Of a stretch of 64,000 bases of DNA, positions 30,698 to 43,446 are shown one piece after another. Position 1 is the stretch's first letter, and each line of letters begins with the position of its first letter. The position numbers were made by a program, and so were the translations under genes. Location: positions 192,001 to 256,000 of the forward strand of contig CAWAUM010000002.1 of the NCBI GenBank assembly GCA_963785235.1, read 5' to 3'. The notes beneath the pieces were generated by a model that was given only the letters and a program-made list of their open reading frames with translations, searched no databases and was not told the DNA's origin. This stretch comes from an uncultured delta proteobacterium. GTDB lineage: Bacteria > Desulfobacterota > Desulfomonilia > UBA1062.

Positions 30698-33124
30698 TTA
30701 CTCGGCGTCCTCTTCGCTGATGTACTTGGTGAAGTCCACGATCTTCTCGTCTTCCTTCATGCGTATGGCGCGCACGCCCTGGGCCGAGCGCGTCCTGGTG
30801 GTGCGTATCTGGGAGACGGGCATGCGGATGATCTGGCCCGAGGTGGAGATGATCATGAGCTCGTCGGTCTCCTTGATCACCCTTACACCCACCAGGTCGC
30901 CAGTCTTCTTGGTGATGTGGACCGTATTCACACCCTTGCCGGCCCGGTTCTGGACCGGGTACTTGCTTACAACCGTCTTCTTGCCGAAGCCGTACTCGGT
31001 GAGGTTGATGACCATGTCCTCGTCGCTCGTGATGACGTCCATGCCGATAACCGAATCGCCCTCGTCGAGCCTGATGGCCCGCACGCCTTGGGCCTGGCGG
31101 CCCATGACGCGGACCTGGTCGGCCGGGAAGATGATGGCCTTGCCCGCCCTGGATGCAACGATGATGCGGGTGCTGCCGAAGGTGATGCGTGCCGACATCA
31201 CTTCGTCGCCCTGCTCCAGCGTGCAGGCGATGATGCCCGTGCGCACGATGTTGCTGAAGCTCTTGAGCTCGACCCGTTTGATGTTGGCCATGGCCGTTAC
31301 CATGACGACCTCGGCTTCCATGTTGATGTCGGTGGTGACCAAGATGGCGCAGATGCGCTCCTCTTTCTGGATGGGCCTGATGTTCACGATGGGTACGCCC
31401 TTGAGTGCGCGGTCGCGCTCCGGGATCTCGTAGACCTTGGTGTGGTAGACCCGGCCCTTGTTGGTGAAGTAGAGGATGGAGGTGTGGTTGGTGGCCACGA
31501 AGATGTGCTCGATGAAGTCGTCCTCACCGGTCAACGCCCCTTTTACCCCCACGCCGCCTCGCTTCTGGGTGCGGTACTTGTCGAGCTCGGTGCGCTTCAC
31601 ATAGCCCTTGCGGGTGATGGTGACCACCATCTTCTCATCAGCGATGAGGTCTTCCATGTTGAATTCGCCGATCTCGCCCTGCAGGATAAGGGTCCGCCTG
31701 GCGTCCGAGTAGTCGGCCTTGACCTCTTCCAGCTCCGCCCTGATGACCTTGAGCAGCTCATTGCGGTCGGAAAGGATGAGCTCGAGCCGGGCGATCTCTT
31801 TGGTAAGCGCTGCGTGCTCATCGGCGAGCTTGTCACGCTCCAGTCCGGTGAGCCTCTGGAGCCGCATGTCCAGGATGGCCTGGGCCTGGATCTCGGAGAA
31901 GCCGAAGCGCTCCATCAGGTTTACCCTTGCCTCGGGCGGGTTGGCCGATGCCTTGATGAGCGCAACGATCTCGTCGATGTGCTCCAGCGCCTTTAAGAGG
32001 CCTTCCAAGATGTGGATGCGGTCCTTTGCCTTGGCCAGCTCGAAGAGGCACCTGCGGGTGACCACCTCCTCGCGGAAATCAAGGAAGGCCTGGAGCATCT
32101 GCAAAAGGCCCATGGTAGCGGGCCTCTTGTTGTGTATGGCGAGCAGGTTCATGGAGAAGGAGGACTGGAGCGTGGTGAGCTTGTAAAGCTGGTTCTCTAT
32201 GACTTCAAACGGGGCGCCCTTCTTCAGGTCGATAACCACGCGCATGCCGTCCTTGTCCGACTCGTCTCGGATGTTGGCAATGCCGTCTATCTTCTTTTCC
32301 TGGGCCAGCAGAGCTATGCGCGTTACGAGCTCGGCCTTGTTTACGGTAAAGGGGAGCTCGGAGATGATGATCTTCTCCCTGTTCTGCTCTTCCTCCCTTT
32401 CCACCTTGCCGCGGACTATGATGATGCCCCTGCCGGTGCGGTAGGCCTTCTCGATCTCGCCTTCGGTGATGATGATGCCGCCGGTGGGGAAATCAGGACC
32501 GGGGATGATCCTCATGATCTCGGGCAGCGTCAGATCAGGTTTGTCCACCAGGGCGATCAGGGCGGTCATCAGTTCGGTGGCATTATGCGGCGGGATGCTG
32601 GTGGCCATGCCTACCGCGATACCACTGGACCCGTTCAGCAACAGCCCCGGAATCCTCGTGGGCAGGACATCGGGCTCCTGCAGAGACTCGTCGTAGTTGG
32701 GGTGGAAACCTACGGTATTCTTGTCAAGGTCTGCAAGCATCTCCTCGGCAATGCGTGACATCCTGATCTCGGTATACCTCATGGCGGCGGCCGGATCGCC
32801 GTCCACGCTCCCGAAGTTGCCCTGGCCGTCGACCAGGGGATATCGTAACGAGAACGGCTGGGCCATGCGCACGATGGCGTCATAGACCGACTGGTCGCCA
32901 TGGGGATGGTACTTACCGATGACATCACCCACGATGCGGGCGGACTTCTTGTAGGCCTTGGAGTGGGTGTTGCCCAGGTCCTGCATGGCAAACAGGATCC
33001 TTCTGTGGACGGGCTTGAGTCCGTCGCGCACATCAGGGATGGCGCGTCCGATGATAACGCTCATGGAATAGTCCAGGTATGAGCGCCTCATCTCCTGGTC
33101 TATGGCAACAGTGTTCGTGCTCAT
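30698..33124 (-). CDS. gyrA: DNA gyrase subunit A
   Basis: [22 protein letters not shown] catalytic Tyr, GyrA-box-like QKRGGVG, beta-pinwheel repeats. Confidence 0.97.
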   Translation of the reverse strand: MSTNTVAIDQEMRRSYLDYSMSVIIGRAIPDVRDGLKPVHRRILFAMQDLGNTHSKAYKKSARIVGDVIGKYHPHGDQSVYDAIVRMAQPFSLRYPLVDGQGNFGSVDGDPAAAMRYTEIRMSRIAEEMLADLDKNTVGFHPNYDESLQEPDVLPTRIPGLLLNGSSGIAVGMATSIPPHNATELMTALIALVDKPDLTLPEIMRIIPGPDFPTGGIIITEGEIEKAYRTGRGIIIVRGKVEREEEQNREKIIISELPFTVNKAELVTRIALLAQEKKIDGIANIRDESDKDGMRVVIDLKKGAPFEVIENQLYKLTTLQSSFSMNLLAIHNKRPATMGLLQMLQAFLDFREEVVTRRCLFELAKAKDRIHILEGLLKALEHIDEIVALIKASANPPEARVNLMERFGFSEIQAQAILDMRLQRLTGLERDKLADEHAALTKEIARLELILSDRNELLKVIRAELEEVKADYSDARRTLILQGEIGEFNMEDLIADEKMVVTITRKGYVKRTELDKYRTQKRGGVGVKGALTGEDDFIEHIFVATNHTSILYFTNKGRVYHTKVYEIPERDRALKGVPIVNIRPIQKEERICAILVTTDINMEAEVVMVTAMANIKRVELKSFSNIVRTGIIACTLEQGDEVMSARITFGSTRIIVASRAGKAIIFPADQVRVMGRQAQGVRAIRLDEGDSVIGMDVITSDEDMVINLTEYGFGKKTVVSKYPVQNRAGKGVNTVHITKKTGDLVGVRVIKETDELMIISTSGQIIRMPVSQIRTTRTRSAQGVRAIRMKEDEKIVDFTKYISEEDAE

Positions 33125-33151
33125 GCAAACTCCTCTTTCTTAGGTGTAAAG

Positions 33152-36670
<3,519 letters not shown>

Positions 36671-36830
36671 ATCTTTATTCTCCTCATAAGTATGAATTAT
36701 ATATACTAATGATCATGTCAATATGTTGAAAAGTCATCTAACCCACTAAATTATATCTGTATATGTTTTCCATTCATACGTTCATAATTCACTGCACCAG
36801 GCTTACCTGACACAATAAATGTTCATATGT
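36671..36830 (-). other. Candidate replication origin (oriC-like unwinding element)
   Basis: In dnaN sense: TTTTCAACA (DnaA-box variant), TATTGACA, then ATC-ATT-AGT-ATA-TAT trio-like/AT-rich run directly before the dnaN RBS; parAB and parS adjacent. Confidence 0.5.
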
Positions 36831-37688
36831 TCATCTCAAAGGAGAAACAGTCCTGGTAAGTTCATTCACAACCCTGTCCAGTTCATCACGTGAAGAAACC
36901 TCGATGGTGATCTTCCCCTTTCTTTTGGACCAGGAGCAGATAACATGAGCAGAAAAGTGATTCGAGAGCATGGAAGAAAGGGCATCAAGAGCAGTATCCG
37001 ATTTATTTGGCAGTTCTTTTTCATGGCGGGTTTTGGATGCATAGCGTTCAGCTTCTCGCACACTTATGCCTTTTGCAATGATCTTATGAAACAAGGAGCG
37101 CCTGGCTTCCTCAGTGTCCATCATGAGAATGGCGCGAGCATGACCAGGGGTGATAGTCCCTTCCCGCAGCGCCGACTTCATCTCTTCAGGAAGTCCGATG
37201 AGACGTAGCGCGTTGGTGACAGTGGAACGCTCCTTCATTACTGACTCGGCAATTTCCTGGTGGGTAAGGCCGAACTGCTCCTTTAATGTGTAATAAGCCT
37301 CAGTCTCTTCCATGGGGTTTAAATCTTCCCGCTGGAGGTTCTCAATTAAAGAAAGCTTAAAAGAATCATCATCGGAGACGTCTTTCACAATAACCGGGAC
37401 ACGCTCGATGCCGGCCATTTTACAGGCATGGAACCTTCTCTCGCCTGCAATGATCTCGTATTTGGTATTAAACTTACGGACTAGGATAGGTGATATCAGA
37501 CCATGAACCTTGATGGATTCCGAAAGTTCAGCAAGCTTATCCCTGTCAATGGACTTTCTGGGTTGTATGGGATTGGGACGGATCTCATCCAGAGAAAGCT
37601 CAACAACATGAGTAGTTATATCGTGTTCTTCAACAGGAATGAGGGCATCAATACCTTTACCGAGACGAGGCTTTGCCTTCATCAGCAA
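36831..37688 (-). CDS. parB: ParB/Spo0J partition protein
   Basis: LGKGIDALI, NPIQPR, IIAGERR, ENLQREDLNPMEE, HTH; start at 37682 or 37688. Confidence 0.95.
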   Translation of the reverse strand: MLMKAKPRLGKGIDALIPVEEHDITTHVVELSLDEIRPNPIQPRKSIDRDKLAELSESIKVHGLISPILVRKFNTKYEIIAGERRFHACKMAGIERVPVIVKDVSDDDSFKLSLIENLQREDLNPMEETEAYYTLKEQFGLTHQEIAESVMKERSTVTNALRLIGLPEEMKSALREGTITPGHARAILMMDTEEARRSLFHKIIAKGISVREAERYASKTRHEKELPNKSDTALDALSSMLSNHFSAHVICSWSKRKGKITIEVSSRDELDRVVNELTRTVSPLR

Positions 37689-38451
37689 CCTCCCTGCTCA
37701 AGATCTCTTTAGCAAGCATTAAATAGTTCTGGGCACCCTTGGAAGAAATATCATAGAGACAGATGGGCAGCCCATAGCTCGGCGCTTCGCATAGCCGCGT
37801 ATTCCTTGGTATGACCGTTTTGAAAACCTGGGAGTTGAAATGAGCGCGCATATTGTTAGCCACCTCATGGCTGAGACGGGTGCGTGAATCAAACATGGTA
37901 AGGAGAAACCCCTCGATGGAAAGGGCCGGATTAAGTCTTTTTTTCACAAGGGCAAAGGTGTTCAGAAGACTCTTGATTCCTTCAAGGGCATAGTATTCGC
38001 ATTGTACCGGGATAAGGAGAGAATCAGAAGCGGTAAGTGCATTCAGGGTGAGCAGGCCCAGAGAAGGGGGGCAGTCGATAAGGATAAAATCAAAAACAGA
38101 ATCCATCTGATTAAGGATATTTTTGACGATCCTCTCCCGCAAGGGAATATCCATGAGTTCAACATCAACACCCACCAGGTCGGTATTGCTAGGAGCCAGA
38201 CAAAGATTTCCAACCTTGGTGGAAACAATAATGCTTTCCAGGGACTGCTGATCAAGCATGACATGATAGATATGGGAGTTCAGTTTTGCGAGATCAACAC
38301 CCAGGCCAGTGGTTGCGTTCGCTTGAGGATCAAGGTCGATGAGGAGGGTGCGTTTACCCAGCAAGGCAAGGGAAGAGCCAAGGTTTATGGCCGTTGTTGT
38401 CTTGCCCACGCCGCCCTTTTGATTGGAGATACTTATTATTTTATGAGGCAC
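37657..38451 (-). CDS. parA: ParA/Soj partition ATPase
   Basis: NQKGGVGKTTT, DLDPQANAT, IDCPPSLG, PVQCEYYALEG. Confidence 0.96.
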   Translation of the reverse strand: MPHKIISISNQKGGVGKTTTAINLGSSLALLGKRTLLIDLDPQANATTGLGVDLAKLNSHIYHVMLDQQSLESIIVSTKVGNLCLAPSNTDLVGVDVELMDIPLRERIVKNILNQMDSVFDFILIDCPPSLGLLTLNALTASDSLLIPVQCEYYALEGIKSLLNTFALVKKRLNPALSIEGFLLTMFDSRTRLSHEVANNMRAHFNSQVFKTVIPRNTRLCEAPSYGLPICLYDISSKGAQNYLMLAKEILSREVADEGKASSR

Positions 38452-38493
38452 AATGGTGGACTACCATAAAAGTTATGAAAGATGAATTGAAAA

Positions 38494-38509
38494 AGTTTCA
38501 CGTGAAACA
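38494..38509. promoter_or_regulatory. parS site
   Basis: AGTTTCACGTGAAACA, 15/16 match to the consensus TGTTTCACGTGAAACA, upstream of parA. Confidence 0.9.
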
Positions 38510-38595
38510 CACTTCTTTTTTGGCTGACCTATGAAAGGGTAAGCCTTCAATAAGAAAGGCTCTATTCATAAATTTCATAGATTCGAATTGCCCCA

Positions 38596-39108
38596 TCATA
38601 GAGGAAAGAAACGGATAACAACAATGATCAAGAGCAAGATCACTGTTATCCAGGCCATGGTTATGTCGCTCTTTCGGTTTACCACATGGTCCCTGAAGCC
38701 CTTCAGATCCTTGCCGACGGCATCCTCTTTCACAACGGAGGTGAGAGAATCAATAATGTTGACAAAATCATCGAAGTTATTGGGTATAAAGGTGTTTTTC
38801 TTTGACGAAATGGTGATGAACTGTCTGGTGCCCATCGTTACTCCGTCAATGAGTTTCACTTCATCAACAGGTATCCTGGTTGATCCAAACAGACCTCTGA
38901 TGATGATCTCGTTGTCTCTCACGATGAGTTTTTTTATAAGATTGTTCAAGGTAAAGAGATAAAATAGTACCATGAGCATGCAGGCCATGACAAGTATCCT
39001 GGTTGCATATCCCATGCGAATGACATCAACGAAAACAGGAATGGATAAAATGACGGCAAGCACCATAGGTGCCTTAAGCGCTTTTTTTATCTTGTAAACA
39101 TGCTCCAT
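38596..39108 (-). CDS. Membrane protein, bacterial PH-domain-like
   Basis: 170 aa; two N-terminal TMs, beta-rich middle, C-terminal TM. Confidence 0.65.
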   Translation of the reverse strand: MEHVYKIKKALKAPMVLAVILSIPVFVDVIRMGYATRILVMACMLMVLFYLFTLNNLIKKLIVRDNEIIIRGLFGSTRIPVDEVKLIDGVTMGTRQFITISSKKNTFIPNNFDDFVNIIDSLTSVVKEDAVGKDLKGFRDHVVNRKSDITMAWITVILLLIIVVIRFFPL

Positions 39109-39151
39109 GTCTTTTATGTTACATAAAATTATTCATTTTACAAGTGGAGCC

Positions 39152-39907
39152 ATGCTGGATTTTGCTATCCGTCTTGCAACAAGTGCAGGAAAATTCCTGA
39201 ACGAACATCTCCATGATGATATTACCATTGAGCACAAAGGGCGCATCGATCTTGTGACCAACATGGATTGCCAAGTACAGGCAAGGATTGTTGAGGAGAT
39301 CGAGAGGGCATGGCCCGGCCACAGCATCTTGGCCGAAGAGGCTTGCACGAAAAAGGGTGATACAGAGTATATGTGGATCATCGATCCCATCGACGGGACA
39401 ACCAATTTCATCCACCACATCCCTTTTTTTTGCGTCTCCATTGCGCTAACGAAATCGGGCCAGCCCTTCATCGGGGTATGCTACAATCCCATTTCCGGAG
39501 ATATTTTCCATGCCCAGGCGGGCCAGGGGGCATATCAAAACGGCAGAAGGATCTTTGTCTCGGCTACCGAGAAGCTTTTAAATTCCCTTGTTGCGACCGG
39601 CTTTCCGTATACACAGGGAAACCTTGATGCCATCATCGCAAGGTTCTCATGCGTCTTAAGCCGAGCTCAGGGGATCAGGCGGCTGGGATCAGCTGAACTG
39701 GACCTGTGCTATGTAGCGGCCGGCGTCTTCGATGCCTTCTGGGAGGAAGGATTGAAGCCGTGGGACATGGCGGCTGGCGTTACCATCCTTACGGAAGCCG
39801 GCGGCATGATAACCTCCCTTGACGGCAGCCCCTTTGACCTGTACAGGGGTGATATCCTGGCAAGTAACGCGAAAGTACACCAAGAACTCTTAAGGTGCAT
39901 GTTATAG
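39152..39907 (+). CDS. suhB: Inositol monophosphatase family protein
   Basis: DLVT, WIIDPIDGTTNF, RRLGSA, KPWDMAAG. Confidence 0.9.
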   Translation: MLDFAIRLATSAGKFLNEHLHDDITIEHKGRIDLVTNMDCQVQARIVEEIERAWPGHSILAEEACTKKGDTEYMWIIDPIDGTTNFIHHIPFFCVSIALTKSGQPFIGVCYNPISGDIFHAQAGQGAYQNGRRIFVSATEKLLNSLVATGFPYTQGNLDAIIARFSCVLSRAQGIRRLGSAELDLCYVAAGVFDAFWEEGLKPWDMAAGVTILTEAGGMITSLDGSPFDLYRGDILASNAKVHQELLRCML

Positions 39908-39908
39908 C

Positions 39909-40688
39909 ATGAATATCGTCGATTCGCACAATCATATCCATTTCAGGGCATTTAGTCATGACAGGGAAGAGGCCCTGAGCAGGGCCTTTGATGGTGGCGT
40001 CACATGGATGCTCACCGTGGGAATAGACCCTAAAGATTGCAAAAAGGCCATTGATGTTGCCCGGGGGCATGAGGGGGTCTTTGTCTCCATAGGAATACAC
40101 CCCCAGAACGCGGATAAATACGGGGTAAAAGAGGTACAAACCCTTGCCGGGCTCAGCAGCGACCCTTGCGTGGTGGCCATAGGAGAGACCGGCTTTGATC
40201 TGTTCCGGACACCACAAAGCGAACCCAGACAGAAGGAGCTATTTGCGGCCCACATAGAACTGGCAAGGCGGCTACGTCTTCCGCTTGTGATCCATGACAG
40301 ACAGGCCCACGAGCAGACGATTCAGGTGATGAACGATACGAACGCATGGCCCATAGGCGGTGTGTTTCATTGCTTTTCGGGGGATTCACAGCTTGCCCAA
40401 ACAGTAACCGGAAAAGGTTTTTATATCTCCATTCCAGGGGTGGTCAGCTACAAGAGCGCCCATGAATTAAAGGATGTAGTTGCCAGGACACCCCTGGAGT
40501 CCCTGCTGGTGGAAACGGATGCACCTTATCTGACGCCGGAACCGTTTCGAGGCAAGCGGAACGAACCGCTCTATGTTGCAAAGGTCGTTGAAGAGATTGC
40601 GCGGATCAAAAAGACGAGCGCTGAAGAAGTAGCCAGGATCACATCGGGGAACTTCTCACGGCTTTTTCTTAAGACGCTCGCCCGATAA
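39909..40688 (+). CDS. TatD-family hydrolase
   Basis: DSHNH, GIHP, AIGETG, VFHCFSG, VETDAPYL. Confidence 0.95.
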   Translation: MNIVDSHNHIHFRAFSHDREEALSRAFDGGVTWMLTVGIDPKDCKKAIDVARGHEGVFVSIGIHPQNADKYGVKEVQTLAGLSSDPCVVAIGETGFDLFRTPQSEPRQKELFAAHIELARRLRLPLVIHDRQAHEQTIQVMNDTNAWPIGGVFHCFSGDSQLAQTVTGKGFYISIPGVVSYKSAHELKDVVARTPLESLLVETDAPYLTPEPFRGKRNEPLYVAKVVEEIARIKKTSAEEVARITSGNFSRLFLKTLAR

Positions 40689-40730
40689 CTTAAAGTAAGG
40701 CTTAAGGGATTAGTGGAAGGGAGGAAATAG

Positions 40731-41129
40731 ATGATAAAGAAGCTTGAAGTACAGACCGGATCGCGTACCCAGCTCATTGACATCACCTCCCAGGTCAAGT
40801 CATTTCTGAGAAGCGTTGCCATTTCTTCGGGCGTTATCATTATTTATGTGCCTCACACTACCTGCGGTATCACAATCAATGAAAATGCCGACCCTTCGGT
40901 TAAGGAAGACATTACCGCATTTCTCAGCAGAATTATACCCTTTAACGGTCAGTACAGCCATGCCGAGGGTAACTCGGACGCGCATATCAAAGCAAGCATT
41001 ACAGGGTCGAGTGTTACGGTAATCATTGAGAGCGGCGCTTTGATCCTTGGGACTTGGCAGGGGATATTCCTCGCCGAGTATGATGGGCCAAGAAAGCGGT
41101 CTATTTTGATTAAGGTCATTCCCGGATGA
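40731..41129 (+). CDS. YjbQ-family secondary thiamine-phosphate synthase-like protein
   Basis: PHTTCGITINENADP, NSDAHIKAS, LGTWQGI, DGPR. Confidence 0.93.
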   Translation: MIKKLEVQTGSRTQLIDITSQVKSFLRSVAISSGVIIIYVPHTTCGITINENADPSVKEDITAFLSRIIPFNGQYSHAEGNSDAHIKASITGSSVTVIIESGALILGTWQGIFLAEYDGPRKRSILIKVIPG

Positions 41130-41278
41130 ACTAAAGACTTCTGATTCCCTGTTCACGCTTAAAGCGTGATTCTGTGCTGGTATTTCTTTAAGGGCCGGGC
41201 TGTCCGGGGCCTATAGGTGCGCCTATCCAAAGACTTCCTTGACAAGCAATATGGTCATATTCTATTAGAGAAGGCAAT

Positions 41279-41351
41279 GCGGGCATAGCTCAGTTGGTAG
41301 AGTGTCAGCTTCCCAAGCTGAATGTCGCGGGTTCGAATCCCGTTGCCCGCT
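41279..41351 (+). tRNA. tRNA-Gly (CCC)
   Basis: GCGGGCA/TGCCCGC acceptor stem, anticodon loop TTCCCAA, GTTCGAATC T-loop; CCA not encoded; TTGACA at 41239. Confidence 0.96.
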
Positions 41352-41400
41352 CTGAAGCGAGTTTTTAAAAAGCGCTTTGAAGAGAACTGCGGAGGCGAGG

Positions 41401-41427
41401 AAGTGGGCAAGTGCCCACTTTTTTATT
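41401..41427 (+). terminator. Terminator/attenuator hairpin in the rimP leader
   Basis: AAGTGGGCA-AG-TGCCCACTT followed by TTTT, between tRNA-Gly and rimP. Confidence 0.8.
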
Positions 41428-41434
41428 TACTACG

Positions 41435-41860
41435 ATGGACAGAGGAATGATGGATACGCTTTTTAAGTTGGTTAATACGGAGCTCTCCATGATGGGCTTT
41501 GAACTCATCGATTTAGAATTCGTAGGGAAGAGCTTGCGACTTACCATCGACAAGCCTCTCGGAGTGACGCTCGGCGACTGCGTCTCTGTCACCAGGAGGG
41601 TGGGTCTGCTCCTGGATGCCGAAGATCCCATCGAGAGCAAATACCGGCTGGAGGTATCCTCTCCCGGACTGAACAGGAAACTGAAGACTGCACGGGAATT
41701 CGAGCATTTTTCCGGGCGAAGGGTGAAAGTGCAGACAGGCGAAGGGATATTCCGGGGTATTATAACGGCCCTTAAGGGGGAAAATGTGATATTTGATGTG
41801 GAAGGATCTGAGGTTTCTGTGGGACTAAGAGATATAATCAAGGCCAATCTTGATTTCTAG
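41435..41860 (+). CDS. rimP: Ribosome maturation factor RimP
   Basis: LRLTIDK, DC..V, YRLEVSSPGLNR; start uncertain (41435-41450). Confidence 0.95.
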   Translation: MDRGMMDTLFKLVNTELSMMGFELIDLEFVGKSLRLTIDKPLGVTLGDCVSVTRRVGLLLDAEDPIESKYRLEVSSPGLNRKLKTAREFEHFSGRRVKVQTGEGIFRGIITALKGENVIFDVEGSEVSVGLRDIIKANLDF

Positions 41861-41869
41861 GGAGATGGT

Positions 41870-43102
41870 ATGGTTCTGAACCTTTCAAAGGTAATTGAGC
41901 TCATCGTTAAGGAGAAGGGCCTACGGCAAGAGGACCTGGTGATGGTTGTCGAAGCGGCTGTCCAGAGCGCTGCAAAGAAAGTCTATGGAGATTATGATAA
42001 TATAGAGGCCCATTACAACACCAAGCTGGACGAGGTTGAGGTTTTCCAATTCAAGGTGGTTGCCGAAGAGGTGGAAGACCCGAACATCCAGATATCCATG
42101 AAACAGGCGCGGAAGCTTGATCCAAGCTGCCAGATGGGCGATGAACTCGGCGAAAAGCTTGATGCCTCCAAGCTTGGCAGAATTGCAGCCCAGAGCGCCA
42201 AACAGGTGATAGTCCAGAAGGTAAAAGAGGTCGAACGCGATGCCATCTATAATGATTTCATCGACATCAAAGGTGAGATCGTCTCAGGGTTTATCCACAG
42301 GTTCGACCGCAAGGATGTTATCTTAAACCTTGGCAAGTCTGAGGCTATTCTTCGAGAGAAGGAACAGATACCAGGAGAGATCCTCAGACGGGGAGACCGT
42401 ATGCAGGCCCTTGTGCTGGATGTTACCAAATCGATGAAAATGCCCCAGGTGGAACTGAGCAGGACCCATCCCAGGTTCTTGGTCAAGCTCTACCAGATGG
42501 AAGTCCCAGAGGTGGCGGAAGGGATAGTGGAGATTGTGGCTGTTGCCAGGGAACCTGGAATCAGGGCTAAGATAGCCGTCCGCTCCCATGACACAAAGGT
42601 AGATCCTGTCGGAACCTGTGTGGGCGTCAAGGGTGCCAGGGTCCAGAACGTAATCCAGGAACTCAAAGGAGAGAGGCAGGATATAGTGGTCTGGTCCGAA
42701 GATCCTGTCCGCTTTGTGTGCAATGCCTTATCTCCGGCACGAGTATCAAAGGTTATTGTGGACAAGTCCAACCGCACCATGGATGTGATTGTGTCCGATG
42801 ACCAGCTGAGCCTCGCCATAGGGAGAAAGGGCCAGAATGTAAGGCTCGTTGCAAAACTCACGGGGTGGAAGATAGATGTGGGGGCTGAGGGCACTGAAGA
42901 AGTAGTCTCTTCTGAAGACAAGAGGTCTTTGAATAGTATAGCAGATATCGATCCATCCCTGGTGGAGGTCTTGATGGAGGCGGGTTATAAAACGCTGGAT
43001 GACCTCGCCAACGCAAAGGAAGAAGACCTTCTCGAATTCGAAGGGATCGATGAGACAATAGCCAAGAAGATTATCTTAAGGGCAACGGTAGGAGGGCAGT
43101 GA
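41870..43102 (+). CDS. nusA: Transcription factor NusA
   Basis: GRIAAQSAKQV, LSRTHP, AREPG, LAIGRKGQNVRL. Confidence 0.98.
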   Translation: MVLNLSKVIELIVKEKGLRQEDLVMVVEAAVQSAAKKVYGDYDNIEAHYNTKLDEVEVFQFKVVAEEVEDPNIQISMKQARKLDPSCQMGDELGEKLDASKLGRIAAQSAKQVIVQKVKEVERDAIYNDFIDIKGEIVSGFIHRFDRKDVILNLGKSEAILREKEQIPGEILRRGDRMQALVLDVTKSMKMPQVELSRTHPRFLVKLYQMEVPEVAEGIVEIVAVAREPGIRAKIAVRSHDTKVDPVGTCVGVKGARVQNVIQELKGERQDIVVWSEDPVRFVCNALSPARVSKVIVDKSNRTMDVIVSDDQLSLAIGRKGQNVRLVAKLTGWKIDVGAEGTEEVVSSEDKRSLNSIADIDPSLVEVLMEAGYKTLDDLANAKEEDLLEFEGIDETIAKKIILRATVGGQ

Positions 43103-43446
43103 GACGTAAAGACGGTCCATACAGGCAGTGCGTAAGCTGCAGAGGGATATTCCACAAGGAGGAGCTCTTGCGTTTCGTGCTACACAAAGAAGAATCAGAT
43201 TTGTTCGACGAACAACAGCGCCGGGATGGCAGAGGTTACTACCTATGCCCGGAGCAAAGCTGTTTCTTGAACGCATGGAAGAACAGGAGGTCCAATGCAA
43301 TCTTTCGGGATAAACCGACCATGGAGCGTTTGCTTGGTTCGGTTTGTGATACCCTTTCAAGATCTGCAGGAAGCGGCAAGGACCTTCCCATATTGAGAAA
43401 TTCCAGGTTTTATGAGAGGTTGTCTTCCAAGGGGCGAGCGTTATGA
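43099..43446 (+). CDS. YlxR/DUF448-family protein
   Basis: RQCVSCR..ELLRFV..GRGYYLC, between nusA and infB. Confidence 0.88.
   Translation: MRRKDGPYRQCVSCRGIFHKEELLRFVLHKEESDLFDEQQRRDGRGYYLCPEQSCFLNAWKNRRSNAIFRDKPTMERLLGSVCDTLSRSAGSGKDLPILRNSRFYERLSSKGRAL

Noticed and set aside
36882-36897. Second parS-like TCACGTGAA inside parB
   Set aside because: Flanks diverge from the 16-bp consensus and the sequence is explained by coding
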